Under the pieces are notes generated by a model, which had not been told where the DNA came from, ran no database searches, and was given only the letters and a program-made list of their open reading frames with translations. Below, one piece after another: positions 9,877-18,768 of a stretch of DNA of 64,000 nt. Made by a program: the position numbers and the translations under genes. Source of the stretch: Phycisphaerae bacterium (GTDB lineage: Bacteria > Planctomycetota > Phycisphaerae > UBA1845 > PWPN01); NCBI GenBank assembly GCA_012729395.1, contig JAAYDF010000334.1, positions 1,714 through 65,713 of the forward strand, in the 5' to 3' direction. Numbering within the stretch: position 1 is the first letter of the stretch; the number at the start of each line of letters is the position of its first letter.

Positions 9877-10320
9877 CTAGGGCACGTCGGTGAAGAGCAG
9901 CTCCCGGATTGCCCTGAACCGCAGTGGGGGCTCGCCGCCGCGTTTGCCGCGCCAGTGGCCGGCCCAATACTTGGTGACGGCCGCGTCATAAAGCCGTGGC
10001 GAGATCAGCAACGCCGTGGGATGGCTGAGCCGAAGGGCCCGAGCCAGGCGCCAAAGCCGCAGAATGTCCGGCCAAGGAACCTGCAACTTCGCGAGACACC
10101 AGAGATACAGGCGGATGGGTTGCGGCTTGTTCTCCCGCCGCTGACGCCGTCGCTCCAGATAACCCAGCAGAGCCACCAGCAACGCGCCGATGACAAACAG
10201 CAGAGCCACGAACGATATTTTCCAGTACAGTTGGGGATCGGTCTCCTCGAAGTGACTGCGCATGCTCTCGATAGCGACGCGCTGACGAGGTGAAGCTTGG
10301 GCGAGCAGTTGAGGAATCAT
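9877..10320 (-). CDS. Hypothetical single-pass membrane protein
   Basis: Its start overlaps the stop of the upstream HEAT gene (ATGA overlap at 10317-10320). It has one clear TM helix ([21 protein letters not shown]). Confidence 0.6.
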   Translation of the reverse strand: MIPQLLAQASPRQRVAIESMRSHFEETDPQLYWKISFVALLFVIGALLVALLGYLERRRQRRENKPQPIRLYLWCLAKLQVPWPDILRLWRLARALRLSHPTALLISPRLYDAAVTKYWAGHWRGKRGGEPPLRFRAIRELLFTDVP

Positions 10321-12278
10321 GGTGCGGCGACCTCCGGTATGCTCGGCACCGGCGAGCTAGTCCGGGCGGGCGAACGACGGGCGGATTCCTCGGTCAACCG
10401 CTCGATCATGCTCTGGGCCCGGTGGCGAACGGTGATATCCTCATCCTCCGCGGCCATGCGAGTGATGCGAGCCGTCAGGTTGAACACCCCCATGTGTTCG
10501 ATCAACCAGAGAGCGCTAATTCGCTGCGCCCGATCGGGGTCGATCAGCATGCGTAGCATCGTCTCCGCCGCCTCGCGAAAACCAAGATTCAGCAAAGCCT
10601 TGACGGCGTTCGCCCGAACACGATTGTTTGGCGAGGCCAGCTTGGGCAACAGCTCACTTCCCGCTCCCTCGCCGTAAGTCTTCTCTGCCACTTCGACGGC
10701 GTTGGCCTGCACGCGGGTATCGGAATCGCGGAGGGCGTTGTGTACGATCTGACGGGTCGTGCCATTGGGCATCTTCGCGCAAGCCGCGACCGCTGAGCTA
10801 CGAACCTCCGGCTGCGGATCATGAGTCAACCTGTAGATCTGGTCCGCGAACGCGGGCACGAGTCCCAGCAGCTCAATCACGCGGATAGACCGGACCCGGT
10901 TGTGAGGCTCCGTTGCCGAGAGCTGCCTCGCCAGCAGGGCATGGGCTCCAGGCGTGCGCGTGAGCATCTCTTGCCCAAACTGTTCGCGTTCCTCTTTCGT
11001 GAGTCGGTCGAATGCCGCCCAGTACCGCTCGAAGGTGACCGGCCGTCCGGCGGGCCGCTCGGAGCGACCGGCGGTCATCGCCACGGGGCCAGGAAGGAGA
11101 ACCTCCGACAGGGAGTATTCCAACGGCCGACGGCGGACCAGCTCACGCATGGCGATGCACGACACTTCGCTATCAGGAGAAGCGGCCAACTTGCGCAGCA
11201 TCTCGGTTGCACCGGCGTCATGCCAGTCAGTCAATGTCCAGACCACGGCCCGTCGGCAAAGCGGGTTTTCGTGCATCTGAAGCTGCTTGAGCAACTCGAT
11301 CTTGCAGTCCGCCGGCAGCCCCATGGACAGGATCCATCGAGGAATCCGACTCTGGGCTCCCGGGGAAACACGCAACAGCTCCATCGCGTGGTGATCGAGG
11401 CAGGCCAGATCCTTCACCGCGCTCATGGCTCGTGCCTGCTTGGGTTGCACGAACCGCCACGATTGCCGCAGCCATTCTTCCAGGAAGGCGGAATCGGCAC
11501 ACTTAGCCAACACGTGAGCCACGTGCGGCCGGAATTGGGCGTAATGCAGTGCCTTCATGGCAAACGGCACAAGTCGCGGCGAGAGGGACTCGCTGAACAG
11601 GCGCATCGCGACCTGCCCTCGCCGGCCGCCCGGTGCCGTCATGGTGGTCCAGAACTTCGCCCCCAGATCGTCGACCATCCACATCGCCGCCTGGATAACG
11701 ACCGGCTGGCTGTGCAGGTCATAGGCCATCAGAGCCGCCTGGACCGCCCCCGCCAACTGCCTGCGGTCTTCCGCGTAAGCTTCAAGCAGGGCCATGCGAG
11801 CCTGCAGCTCATCGGCCGGCAGATCGATCCGCACCTCATCCGCCGTCACGGCGGGATCCGTCTTGAGAATCTCCTCCGCCAGGAAAAGGAGCGTCTCGGC
11901 CGCCTTCTCGCGCACTCGCGATGATCGGTCGTGAAACGTGCCATCCAGCAGGTACGACGCCCGGTAAAGCCGACCTTCCCGAATCAGGTCCAGCACGTTC
12001 AGCCGGACCTGCTCATCCCGCGACTGGGCGGCCTCACGCAATACGCCAAACAGACGGTCCGTCTCGCCCAACACGCGATGGCATAAGGTTTCGTCCAGCA
12101 GGTGCAGGGCCATCACCAGACCGCGCAGTCCTCGCCGTTGCTGACGAACCAGCAGCGTCTCGACGATTGCCTGCGCAGTCGGCAGGTCGGCGCTCTTCAG
12201 TGCCGCGAGCAGGGCATCGTCGGCTGCGGGGTCTCTGGTCTCGACCAGGAGGCGAAAGATGGAACGACCCTGATTCAT
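10317..12278 (-). CDS. HEAT-repeat protein
   Basis: Multiple HEAT-like units (DSDTRVQANAVEVAEK, SPNNRVRANAVKALLNLG, DPDRAQRISALWLIEHMG, DEDITVRHRAQSMIERL). Start uncertain: ATG 12278 has GAGGAG 10 nt upstream; alternatives are 12305, 12326 and 12443. Confidence 0.75.
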   Translation of the reverse strand: MNQGRSIFRLLVETRDPAADDALLAALKSADLPTAQAIVETLLVRQQRRGLRGLVMALHLLDETLCHRVLGETDRLFGVLREAAQSRDEQVRLNVLDLIREGRLYRASYLLDGTFHDRSSRVREKAAETLLFLAEEILKTDPAVTADEVRIDLPADELQARMALLEAYAEDRRQLAGAVQAALMAYDLHSQPVVIQAAMWMVDDLGAKFWTTMTAPGGRRGQVAMRLFSESLSPRLVPFAMKALHYAQFRPHVAHVLAKCADSAFLEEWLRQSWRFVQPKQARAMSAVKDLACLDHHAMELLRVSPGAQSRIPRWILSMGLPADCKIELLKQLQMHENPLCRRAVVWTLTDWHDAGATEMLRKLAASPDSEVSCIAMRELVRRRPLEYSLSEVLLPGPVAMTAGRSERPAGRPVTFERYWAAFDRLTKEEREQFGQEMLTRTPGAHALLARQLSATEPHNRVRSIRVIELLGLVPAFADQIYRLTHDPQPEVRSSAVAACAKMPNGTTRQIVHNALRDSDTRVQANAVEVAEKTYGEGAGSELLPKLASPNNRVRANAVKALLNLGFREAAETMLRMLIDPDRAQRISALWLIEHMGVFNLTARITRMAAEDEDITVRHRAQSMIERLTEESARRSPARTSSPVPSIPEVAAP

Positions 12279-12504
12279 GCGCGCAAAGCTCCTCGATGTC
12301 TTCATCGGCTCCGCGGGATCTTGCATTGAGAATACCGATGTCGTCCGATAAGTGGACGGACGATGATCCAGAACGCTGGTACAAACGTGCGGAACGAGAG
12401 GCTGCTCGAAGGAGAAGAGCGGACCGCGTGCGCGCTGGAGCATTTCACGAGACTACGTCGCGACCATCGCCCATGGAGCACGCTGGATCCCCAGCAAGCA
12501 CGCC

Positions 12505-12610
12505 GGTCGCCGCGGCTCGGCTGTCTTCGACGCTGAGCTCGCTTCGTCTGAGCTCAGCGTCGAAGACAGACGAAGCGAGCTCGCCGAAGTCAGGGGGCAA
12601 CCGCTACGCG
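12505..12610. repeat. Repeat family 3 copy carrying an interleaved double palindrome
   Basis: The flanks match 6401-6451. The core at 12523-12582 has the layout X-S-Y-S'-X'-Y'-S. It can form an 18-bp perfect helix (12523-12540 with 12550-12567) and an alternative 15-bp helix (12535-12549 with 12568-12582). Confidence 0.75.
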
Positions 12611-12625
12611 ATTGCGTGGACCGCT

Positions 12626-13633
12626 CTACAAGCCCAAGGTTTTGACCCAGGCCACACCGGCGCTTCCATTTGCGGGGTCGGCGTAGGGCACGATCTCGCC
12701 GCCGAAAACCTCCGGCCGATGTTCCTTCATGATGGTCTCCGCCACGACCCAACCCAGCGCGGCTCCGAAAATCACGTCCGAGAAATGATGCTCCCCGTCA
12801 TCCATGCGCTGGACGGCGACCAAGCCGGTCAAGCCGAACATGGGTACGCCCACCAGCGGGCCATACGCGTTGTGCAACACTGTGGCCAAGGCCATGGTGC
12901 TGGAAACATGGCCGGAGGGCCAGGCGAAGGCCTCACCGTTCGGCGAGTCGGTGCAGGCCGCCGCCTTCAACAGCAACGTCGTCGCGCCGCTGATCGCCAG
13001 GGCACTGAACGCCCGCTTGCCGACCTCGTAGGTCTTGATGTCCTGCATTTGCTGACCGGCGAGATACCACACGCCGGCGGCAGCGAAGTGCACGATCGGG
13101 TTGCCCAGAGTGGCGAACGTATCGGGCCAATCACCGCCAAACGAGCGATGCCGGTCGTAATGGTCCTCGATACGATCGTCCACCGTATAGCGCACGGCCG
13201 CTGACGCTCCGCCCGCCCCCAACAGGAACACAAGGTTGGCTGGATCGCCGAACACCTTCTTGGTGTCATGCCATAACAGCCCGGGGGCCTCCTCCAGATC
13301 ACGGCGGACGGTGTCGAAGAAGCCCGGCAAGGGTCCACGGTCCATGGGGGCCGGCTGTGTGTCGGCGACCCCACCGGACACGCTCAGCGGCGACCCATCC
13401 GCATCCGCCGGCCGGGTCTCGACGTCAACCGCCAGCCGAAACGTAGTGTCCTCCATCCATTGCCCGTGTAGCTCGTCCGGACGAACACGCACCGCTTCCT
13501 GAGCCGCCCGCAACCGCCGCGCCGCGACCTCGCCGGCGATCTGGGCCCAGTCGGCTCGCTCTCCACCCAGGCAGCTCTCAACGCCCCAGGCTACACTGCC
13601 AGCCAGCAACACGCACACCATCGCCCGCGCCAT
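12626..13633 (-). CDS. PAP2 superfamily phosphatase
   Basis: Signal-like N-terminus. PAP2 motifs PSGH (WPSGHVSSTMA) and the SR..HxxxD equivalent (QRMDDGEHHFSDVIFGAALG). Confidence 0.85.
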   Translation of the reverse strand: MARAMVCVLLAGSVAWGVESCLGGERADWAQIAGEVAARRLRAAQEAVRVRPDELHGQWMEDTTFRLAVDVETRPADADGSPLSVSGGVADTQPAPMDRGPLPGFFDTVRRDLEEAPGLLWHDTKKVFGDPANLVFLLGAGGASAAVRYTVDDRIEDHYDRHRSFGGDWPDTFATLGNPIVHFAAAGVWYLAGQQMQDIKTYEVGKRAFSALAISGATTLLLKAAACTDSPNGEAFAWPSGHVSSTMALATVLHNAYGPLVGVPMFGLTGLVAVQRMDDGEHHFSDVIFGAALGWVVAETIMKEHRPEVFGGEIVPYADPANGSAGVAWVKTLGL

Positions 13634-13646
13634 GACATGCCTCTTT

Positions 13647-14666
13647 TCAAGGAGTTTCCAGAAGAACCGTGTTCGAGTCGGCCGAACCAGGCGGCGCGTA
13701 CTTGCTCACCAGATTGCGGATCTTGGGCTGGTCGGGGTTCAACTCGAGCGACTTATGCCAGCAATCGACCGCTTCCTGCCGAAGGCTGACTTCAGTTGGC
13801 GATTGAAGGTACTGGCTCATCTTCGTAATGCCCAGACCGGCGTGGGCCTCCGGCATCTTGGGATCGAGGGCCACCGCCTTCTCGTAATGTCTTCGGGCCT
13901 CATCCAGCGACCGCTCAAGGAAACAGCAGTAGCCCATCCGCTCGTGGGCCAAGGCCAGTTCCGGGGCGATCTCGATCGCCCGCTCCAGCGACTTATGGGC
14001 ATTGGCCAGCCGATTCTGCTTGATCAGCGTCGTCGCCAGGTTGATCAGGACCAGCGGCTGCTGAGGATCACGTTCGAGCGACTCGTTGTACGCATGGATA
14101 GCCTCGTAGTACTTCTGCTGAGCATCGTAAGCGGCCCCGAGATTGGCATACGCCGCCGCCTCGTCGGGCGCCAGCTCGATCGCCCGCTGGTAATGTGCGA
14201 TGGCTTCGTTCAGTTCGCCCGCTTGGTGATAACAGGAAGCCAGATTCAGGCGGGCCTGCAGATTCACCGGTTGCAGCTCGCAGGCCTGCAAATAGGCACG
14301 AACCGCGTCAGGAAAACGCAGCAGGCGCTGGTACATGCGAGCCAGCGAGAAGTTGTAGTCGAAGTTGGACGGGTCCAGTCGGACCGCCTCGGCAAACCGT
14401 CTCGCCGCCGCCTCGAAGTCGCCTTTGCGTTCCCAGATGGCCCCCAGCCCGGCGTGGGCCTCCTTGAGCCGGGGGTTCAGCTCGACGGCGTTCTGCAGCT
14501 CGAAGAGGGCCTCGTCGATCTCCTCGGCCTCCAGGTGCTGCTTACCCTGAGCCACCGCCAAGTGTGAGCGGATCAAGGCGAAGGGTTCATATCGCCGGTC
14601 CGCGCATCCCACCACCGCCGCCGTCAGACCCCCTGCCAGGGCCATCCTCCTGACGCACCCTTGCAT
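13647..14666 (-). CDS. TPR-repeat lipoprotein
   Basis: RBS gggaggt precedes ATG 14666. Lipobox AAVVGC. At least seven 34-aa TPR units (for example AIAHYQRAIELAPDEAAAYANLGAAY). Confidence 0.85.
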   Translation of the reverse strand: MQGCVRRMALAGGLTAAVVGCADRRYEPFALIRSHLAVAQGKQHLEAEEIDEALFELQNAVELNPRLKEAHAGLGAIWERKGDFEAAARRFAEAVRLDPSNFDYNFSLARMYQRLLRFPDAVRAYLQACELQPVNLQARLNLASCYHQAGELNEAIAHYQRAIELAPDEAAAYANLGAAYDAQQKYYEAIHAYNESLERDPQQPLVLINLATTLIKQNRLANAHKSLERAIEIAPELALAHERMGYCCFLERSLDEARRHYEKAVALDPKMPEAHAGLGITKMSQYLQSPTEVSLRQEAVDCWHKSLELNPDQPKIRNLVSKYAPPGSADSNTVLLETP

Positions 14667-14891
14667 ATGAACCTCCCACTCGCTATGCAGCGTTTCGGCT
14701 TGCCCGCCGCGTTTCGGTTCACCCACTGCTGGGGCACCGGCCGTCCGGCCTGCCGGGCCCATGATACTTATCGCCCACCCGGTACACAACGCCCCAAGCC
14801 ACCCGTTTGGCAATCGACCCCAGCCCTCCTACCATGTTCTGAGGCGCACGGCAACGACCCGAGGCCGAGGCCTCACGGGAGACTCTGACCC

Positions 14892-15641
14892 ATGATGCGT
14901 TACCTCGTGGCCATTCCGGTATTCAATGAAGCCAGGTATCTGGAATCGGTGCTGCGTACGGTCCGGCACTACGCCTACGATATACTCATCGTGGACGACG
15001 GCTCCACGGACCAGACACCGCAACTCCTGGCGGCCGAGCCCGACGTCCACGTGGTCCGCCACCGCGAGAACCGCGGGTACGGCCAGAGCCTGATCGACGC
15101 CTTCGCGTTCGCCCAAGCGAGGGGCTACGATTGGCTGGTCACCATGGACTGCGACGAGCAGCATGAGGCCGCCCAGATCCCCGAGTTCCTCGCCGCCGCA
15201 GCCTGTGACGATGCCGATATCATCAGCGGCTCTCGCTACCTGCAAAGCCTCCCGGGCAATTCCAAGGCTCCGCCCGACCGACAAGCGATCAACCAGAAGA
15301 TGACCGACCTGCTCAATGAACTCCTGGGCATGGGTATCACCGACGCGTTTTGCGGCTTCAAAGCCTACCGGGTCTCGGCCCTGGCCCGGCTGGCGATCAC
15401 CGTGCCCGGTTATGGCATGCCCCTGCAATTCTGGGTCCAGGCCGCCCGCCAGGGCCTGCGGATCCGCGAGATCCCCGTCCCGCTCATCTACAACGATCCC
15501 AACCGCCACTTCGGAGGCTCGCTGGATGATCCCGACGCCCGCCTGCTGTACTATTACGATGTGCTGGTGCACGAGTTGGGCGACCTCGGCGGTCATCTGA
15601 TTCCCCAGCGAATCGCGACCGCAAGAAGCCGCACACCTTAG
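14892..15641 (+). CDS. Family 2 glycosyltransferase (polyprenol-phosphate sugar transferase-like)
   Basis: VAIPVFNEARYL, IVDDGSTD, NRGYGQSL and TMDCDEQH (DxD-type) motifs. Confidence 0.9.
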   Translation: MMRYLVAIPVFNEARYLESVLRTVRHYAYDILIVDDGSTDQTPQLLAAEPDVHVVRHRENRGYGQSLIDAFAFAQARGYDWLVTMDCDEQHEAAQIPEFLAAAACDDADIISGSRYLQSLPGNSKAPPDRQAINQKMTDLLNELLGMGITDAFCGFKAYRVSALARLAITVPGYGMPLQFWVQAARQGLRIREIPVPLIYNDPNRHFGGSLDDPDARLLYYYDVLVHELGDLGGHLIPQRIATARSRTP

Positions 15642-15783
15642 CCCACAAGGCTCTTGTGCCGGGGACGATGTGTCCGCACCTTTGGAGAACACCGCGTGGC
15701 TTAGAGCCCGCAGCACGTTGACGCGATGAGCGCCACAGCCGGCGGATCAGTGAGTCTGAGGACTGACGCTCCATGTAACCGAC

Positions 15784-17361
15784 ATGCTTGACTTCGACCG
15801 ACTGACAACCCCTCGCAACGACGGCGATGTCCTCATCGAGCCCTGCCTGGCGCGCTGGCAGCACCTGCTTGAGGATACCGAGTCGCGCAGAGCAACCGGA
15901 GAGATCCTGCTGGCCGGCCGACGCGTCGCTGACCTTCGCCCACTGATTCGGGATCAGCTGGTCAAGCTTGCTTCCCGCGAATCCGCCGCTGAGGGTTGTG
16001 TGCCAGGACCAAGCCTCCCCACCAAACCGCTGATTCTGACCGGCCACCAGCCGGCGTTTATTCATCCGGGGGTCTGGGCCAAGCAGGTGGCCGTCCGCCT
16101 CGCGGTCGCGGAACACGGCGGAGCCGCGCTCGACCTCATCGTAGATAATGATTCGCCTCAGTCCGCCGCCATCGAGGTCCCTCACGTCGGGCGGGACGGG
16201 CTGGTTACCCTACGGGACATAACCTGGAGCCTCGCCCCGGCCGGCAGCGCCTACGAAGGCCGGCCTGCTCTCCCCGCTGGGGAGATTGAAGTCATTCGGC
16301 AGAACTTGGCCACATTGATGGGTGAACGCTGGGCCGCGTCCATGATGCCCGATTACCTGGCCGGCTTCGGTGAGGCCCGGAACACGGACTTCGTCGGTCA
16401 GCACATGGCAGGACGCGCACGCGTGGACCGGGCCCTGGGGGCGGACCTCCCACAGGTTCGGGTGAGCGAGGCGTTCGGCGGGCCGTTCCTGGCAGACCTC
16501 TTGCTCTACGCCGGCCGATTCGCCACAGCCTACAACCGCAGCTTGGCCGACTATCGCCACCGGTACGATGTGCGCAGTCCGGATCGCCCGCTGCCGGACC
16601 TCCGCACCGACGGCACATGGACCGAGACGGCCTTGTGGATCTATCAGCCCCTCCAGGTGCGGCGGCGACTGTGGGTCTGCCGGCACGGTGACAGCCTGCT
16701 GCTGCGGGCGGACCAGAACAACGCCGGGAGCATCGCCGTCGCGGACCTCCAAGCAGACACCGATGCCGCCCTGCGCTGCCTGGCGCCCTGGCGAATACGC
16801 CCCCGAGCGCTGACCCTCACCCTGTGGGCTCGCCTGCTGGCCTGCGACCTGTTCGTGCACGGTATCGGCGGGGCCAAGTACGATCGCATCACTGACGACC
16901 TCTTCCGGCATTACTACCACTGCCCACCGCCGCCTTATACCTGTGTCTCGGCCACACTGCGATTGCCGTTGCCGCGACAGCCGGTCACGCCCGAACACCT
17001 GGCCGCGGCCGTTCGCCGTATGCGTGACGTGCGGTTCAACCCGGACCGGTATCTGTCGGCTCCCGACCCGCGGCTTCTCGCCGAGCGCCGCCGACTGATT
17101 GCCGAGTCGCAGCGTTTGAGGACCGAGCGGGTATCCCGTCCACGACGACATGAGGTCTTCCTGGGCATCCACAAGCTGAACGCCGAGTTGGTTAACCTGC
17201 AACCCAACATTGAGGGGCAACTGGGCGCCGACGCTGACCTGCTCGCTCGCCAGCTCGCCAGCAACCGCTTGGCCACCAGCCGTGAGTTCTTCTACGCCCT
17301 CCACGAGCGTGACCGCCTCGCGGCGCTCCAAAAAGGTGTCAGGAACCTTTTCGCCGAATAA
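15784..17361 (+). CDS. Conserved-looking hypothetical protein (525 aa)
   Basis: Long ORF with coding-like composition and no confidently recognised domain. LTGHQPAFIHPGVWAK and HGIGGAKYD look like catalytic-type motifs. The last 10 codons and the stop lie inside MITE copy D. Confidence 0.7.
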   Translation: MLDFDRLTTPRNDGDVLIEPCLARWQHLLEDTESRRATGEILLAGRRVADLRPLIRDQLVKLASRESAAEGCVPGPSLPTKPLILTGHQPAFIHPGVWAKQVAVRLAVAEHGGAALDLIVDNDSPQSAAIEVPHVGRDGLVTLRDITWSLAPAGSAYEGRPALPAGEIEVIRQNLATLMGERWAASMMPDYLAGFGEARNTDFVGQHMAGRARVDRALGADLPQVRVSEAFGGPFLADLLLYAGRFATAYNRSLADYRHRYDVRSPDRPLPDLRTDGTWTETALWIYQPLQVRRRLWVCRHGDSLLLRADQNNAGSIAVADLQADTDAALRCLAPWRIRPRALTLTLWARLLACDLFVHGIGGAKYDRITDDLFRHYYHCPPPPYTCVSATLRLPLPRQPVTPEHLAAAVRRMRDVRFNPDRYLSAPDPRLLAERRRLIAESQRLRTERVSRPRRHEVFLGIHKLNAELVNLQPNIEGQLGADADLLARQLASNRLATSREFFYALHERDRLAALQKGVRNLFAE

Positions 17362-17423
17362 GCGGCGTTGGCGGCACCGCCAGCTTTACTTACCCGGAGA
17401 AAAGGTTCCTGACACCTTTTTGG
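17328..17423. mobile_element. MITE-like palindromic element, variant D
   Basis: Perfect 25-bp terminal inverted repeats: ccaaaaaggtgtcaggaaccttttc (17328-17352) and gaaaaggttcctgacacctttttgg (17399-17423). It shares the ggtgtcagga core with copies A-C. Confidence 0.8.
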
Positions 17424-17430
17424 TTGCGGA

Positions 17431-18651
17431 TCAGCGGACCATACGTTTGAGGAAGTGGTCGGCCTCTTCGTAGCCTTCAAAGCTCCGTTCGAGGGCCCGG
17501 AACTCGGGGGTATGCGCACGGTGTCGGCCGGCCGAGGCACGCAAGCCCAGTTTCTTGTGCAGCAGCTCATGGTGCATCACGTGGTCGATGACCAGGGTGG
17601 GCACATCGGGCCGGTCGAGGGTGGCGCTGATCATCACCGTGTTACGCACGAAATTGAAATGCCCGAAGGTGCGGTGGGTCAGCGTGCGGCTCCACATAAG
17701 CCGGGGCCTGGCCATGGCCCCTTGGAAGTAATGCCGGTTGACACGATCGAACACCTCGGCCAAGTCGTGGGTCATGCCGCGGGTCTGCTCCACGTCGCCC
17801 ACGAGGCTCTCGAGCTCCGCGGCCACCTCCTGGTACGGCTCGGCCAGCATGGCCGCGGTGATCTGCGTCTTGGTGCGTTCTCCGCTGACCATCTGTCGGC
17901 CGAGTTCCCGCACTGTCGAACCATCGAAAGCGATCATCGGCGTCGGCAGCATGATCCGCGTCCCCCGGGCAACCACCGACCAGCGGTACATCGTGCGAGT
18001 CGGGCGATAGTGGACCAGCAATGGCGAGCGCCAAGTCTGCTCCCTCCCCGGCAGAGCGGCCAGTACGCCCTGGGTTCGCTCGACGGCCTGGGCGTACCGG
18101 GCAAACGCCTGCTCATCCGCGAAGTAGCGGAACCAGGCCACCAGTTCCCGCGTCTGCGGCTTGAGATGCTCGGGGCGCAAGCCATCCCTCGCGATGCTCT
18201 GATCCAGCCGGTGGGCGGTCTTGCGGATCACCCCGTGGGTCGCCGCCGGCTTGAGCTGTCGCTCGTGGATCAGCCGGGCGGTGTCGTCGAGCACCCGATC
18301 GAGAAACGCTCGCAGGCCGCGGAAAGTGACGCTCTCGGTGTCCGGGCCGCCGCGTGGCTCAGCCGCCTCCACGTGCTGACCCACGCCGATCTTGGCCGGG
18401 TGAAGCTGGGCGAGAAAGGCATATGCCCGCCGCGACGGAGTCGGCAGATGAGACACCTTCGCATCATGCAGGCGCAGGATGGCGTCCACCTGAGTGATCG
18501 TCTGTTGTACCCGATTCACCAGCGTGTCCCGCTCCGCCCCCGTCAGCGGGCGGCTCAGCGTCCGCCGGGCCCGGTGCGCCGCCTGGACCAATCCCGTGAT
18601 TCGAAGCCTGTGCATACCCTCAGCCCAATCAGAGCGCCGCCCGCATCTCAC
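17431..18651 (-). CDS. Putative zinc metallopeptidase, DUF45/YgjP(SprT)-like C-terminal domain
   Basis: The C-terminal about 110 aa carry an HExxH motif (DHVMHHELLHKKLG) in a YgjP-like context (FGHFNF...ISATL...HTPEFRALE). The long N-terminal region is unassigned. The GTG 18651 start lies in a repeat; ATG 18615 is an alternative. Confidence 0.65.
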   Translation of the reverse strand: MRCGRRSDWAEGMHRLRITGLVQAAHRARRTLSRPLTGAERDTLVNRVQQTITQVDAILRLHDAKVSHLPTPSRRAYAFLAQLHPAKIGVGQHVEAAEPRGGPDTESVTFRGLRAFLDRVLDDTARLIHERQLKPAATHGVIRKTAHRLDQSIARDGLRPEHLKPQTRELVAWFRYFADEQAFARYAQAVERTQGVLAALPGREQTWRSPLLVHYRPTRTMYRWSVVARGTRIMLPTPMIAFDGSTVRELGRQMVSGERTKTQITAAMLAEPYQEVAAELESLVGDVEQTRGMTHDLAEVFDRVNRHYFQGAMARPRLMWSRTLTHRTFGHFNFVRNTVMISATLDRPDVPTLVIDHVMHHELLHKKLGLRASAGRHRAHTPEFRALERSFEGYEEADHFLKRMVR

Positions 18652-18768
18652 ACGCGCAGGGACGCCACGCGCCTCTGTCCCTTCTGCCTTTGTCCCTTCT
18701 GCCTCTGTGCCTTCCGCCTCTGTGCCTTCTGCCTTTCTCCCCCCCCCCGCATCTCACACGCGCAGGGA
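18640..18768. repeat. 15-bp minisatellite (4 units, 18675-18737) bracketed by perfect 23-bp direct repeats
   Basis: DR cccgcatctcacacgcgcaggga occurs at 18640-18662 and 18746-18768. The units are ctgtcccttctgcct, ttgtcccttctgcct, ctgtgccttccgcct and ctgtgccttctgcct. Confidence 0.8.

Noticed and set aside
18675-18737. Possible CRISPR array (also considered for 25409-25462 and 50246-50421)
   Set aside because: The units are contiguous tandem repeats of 15 or 20 bp with no unique spacers. No cas genes occur in the window.
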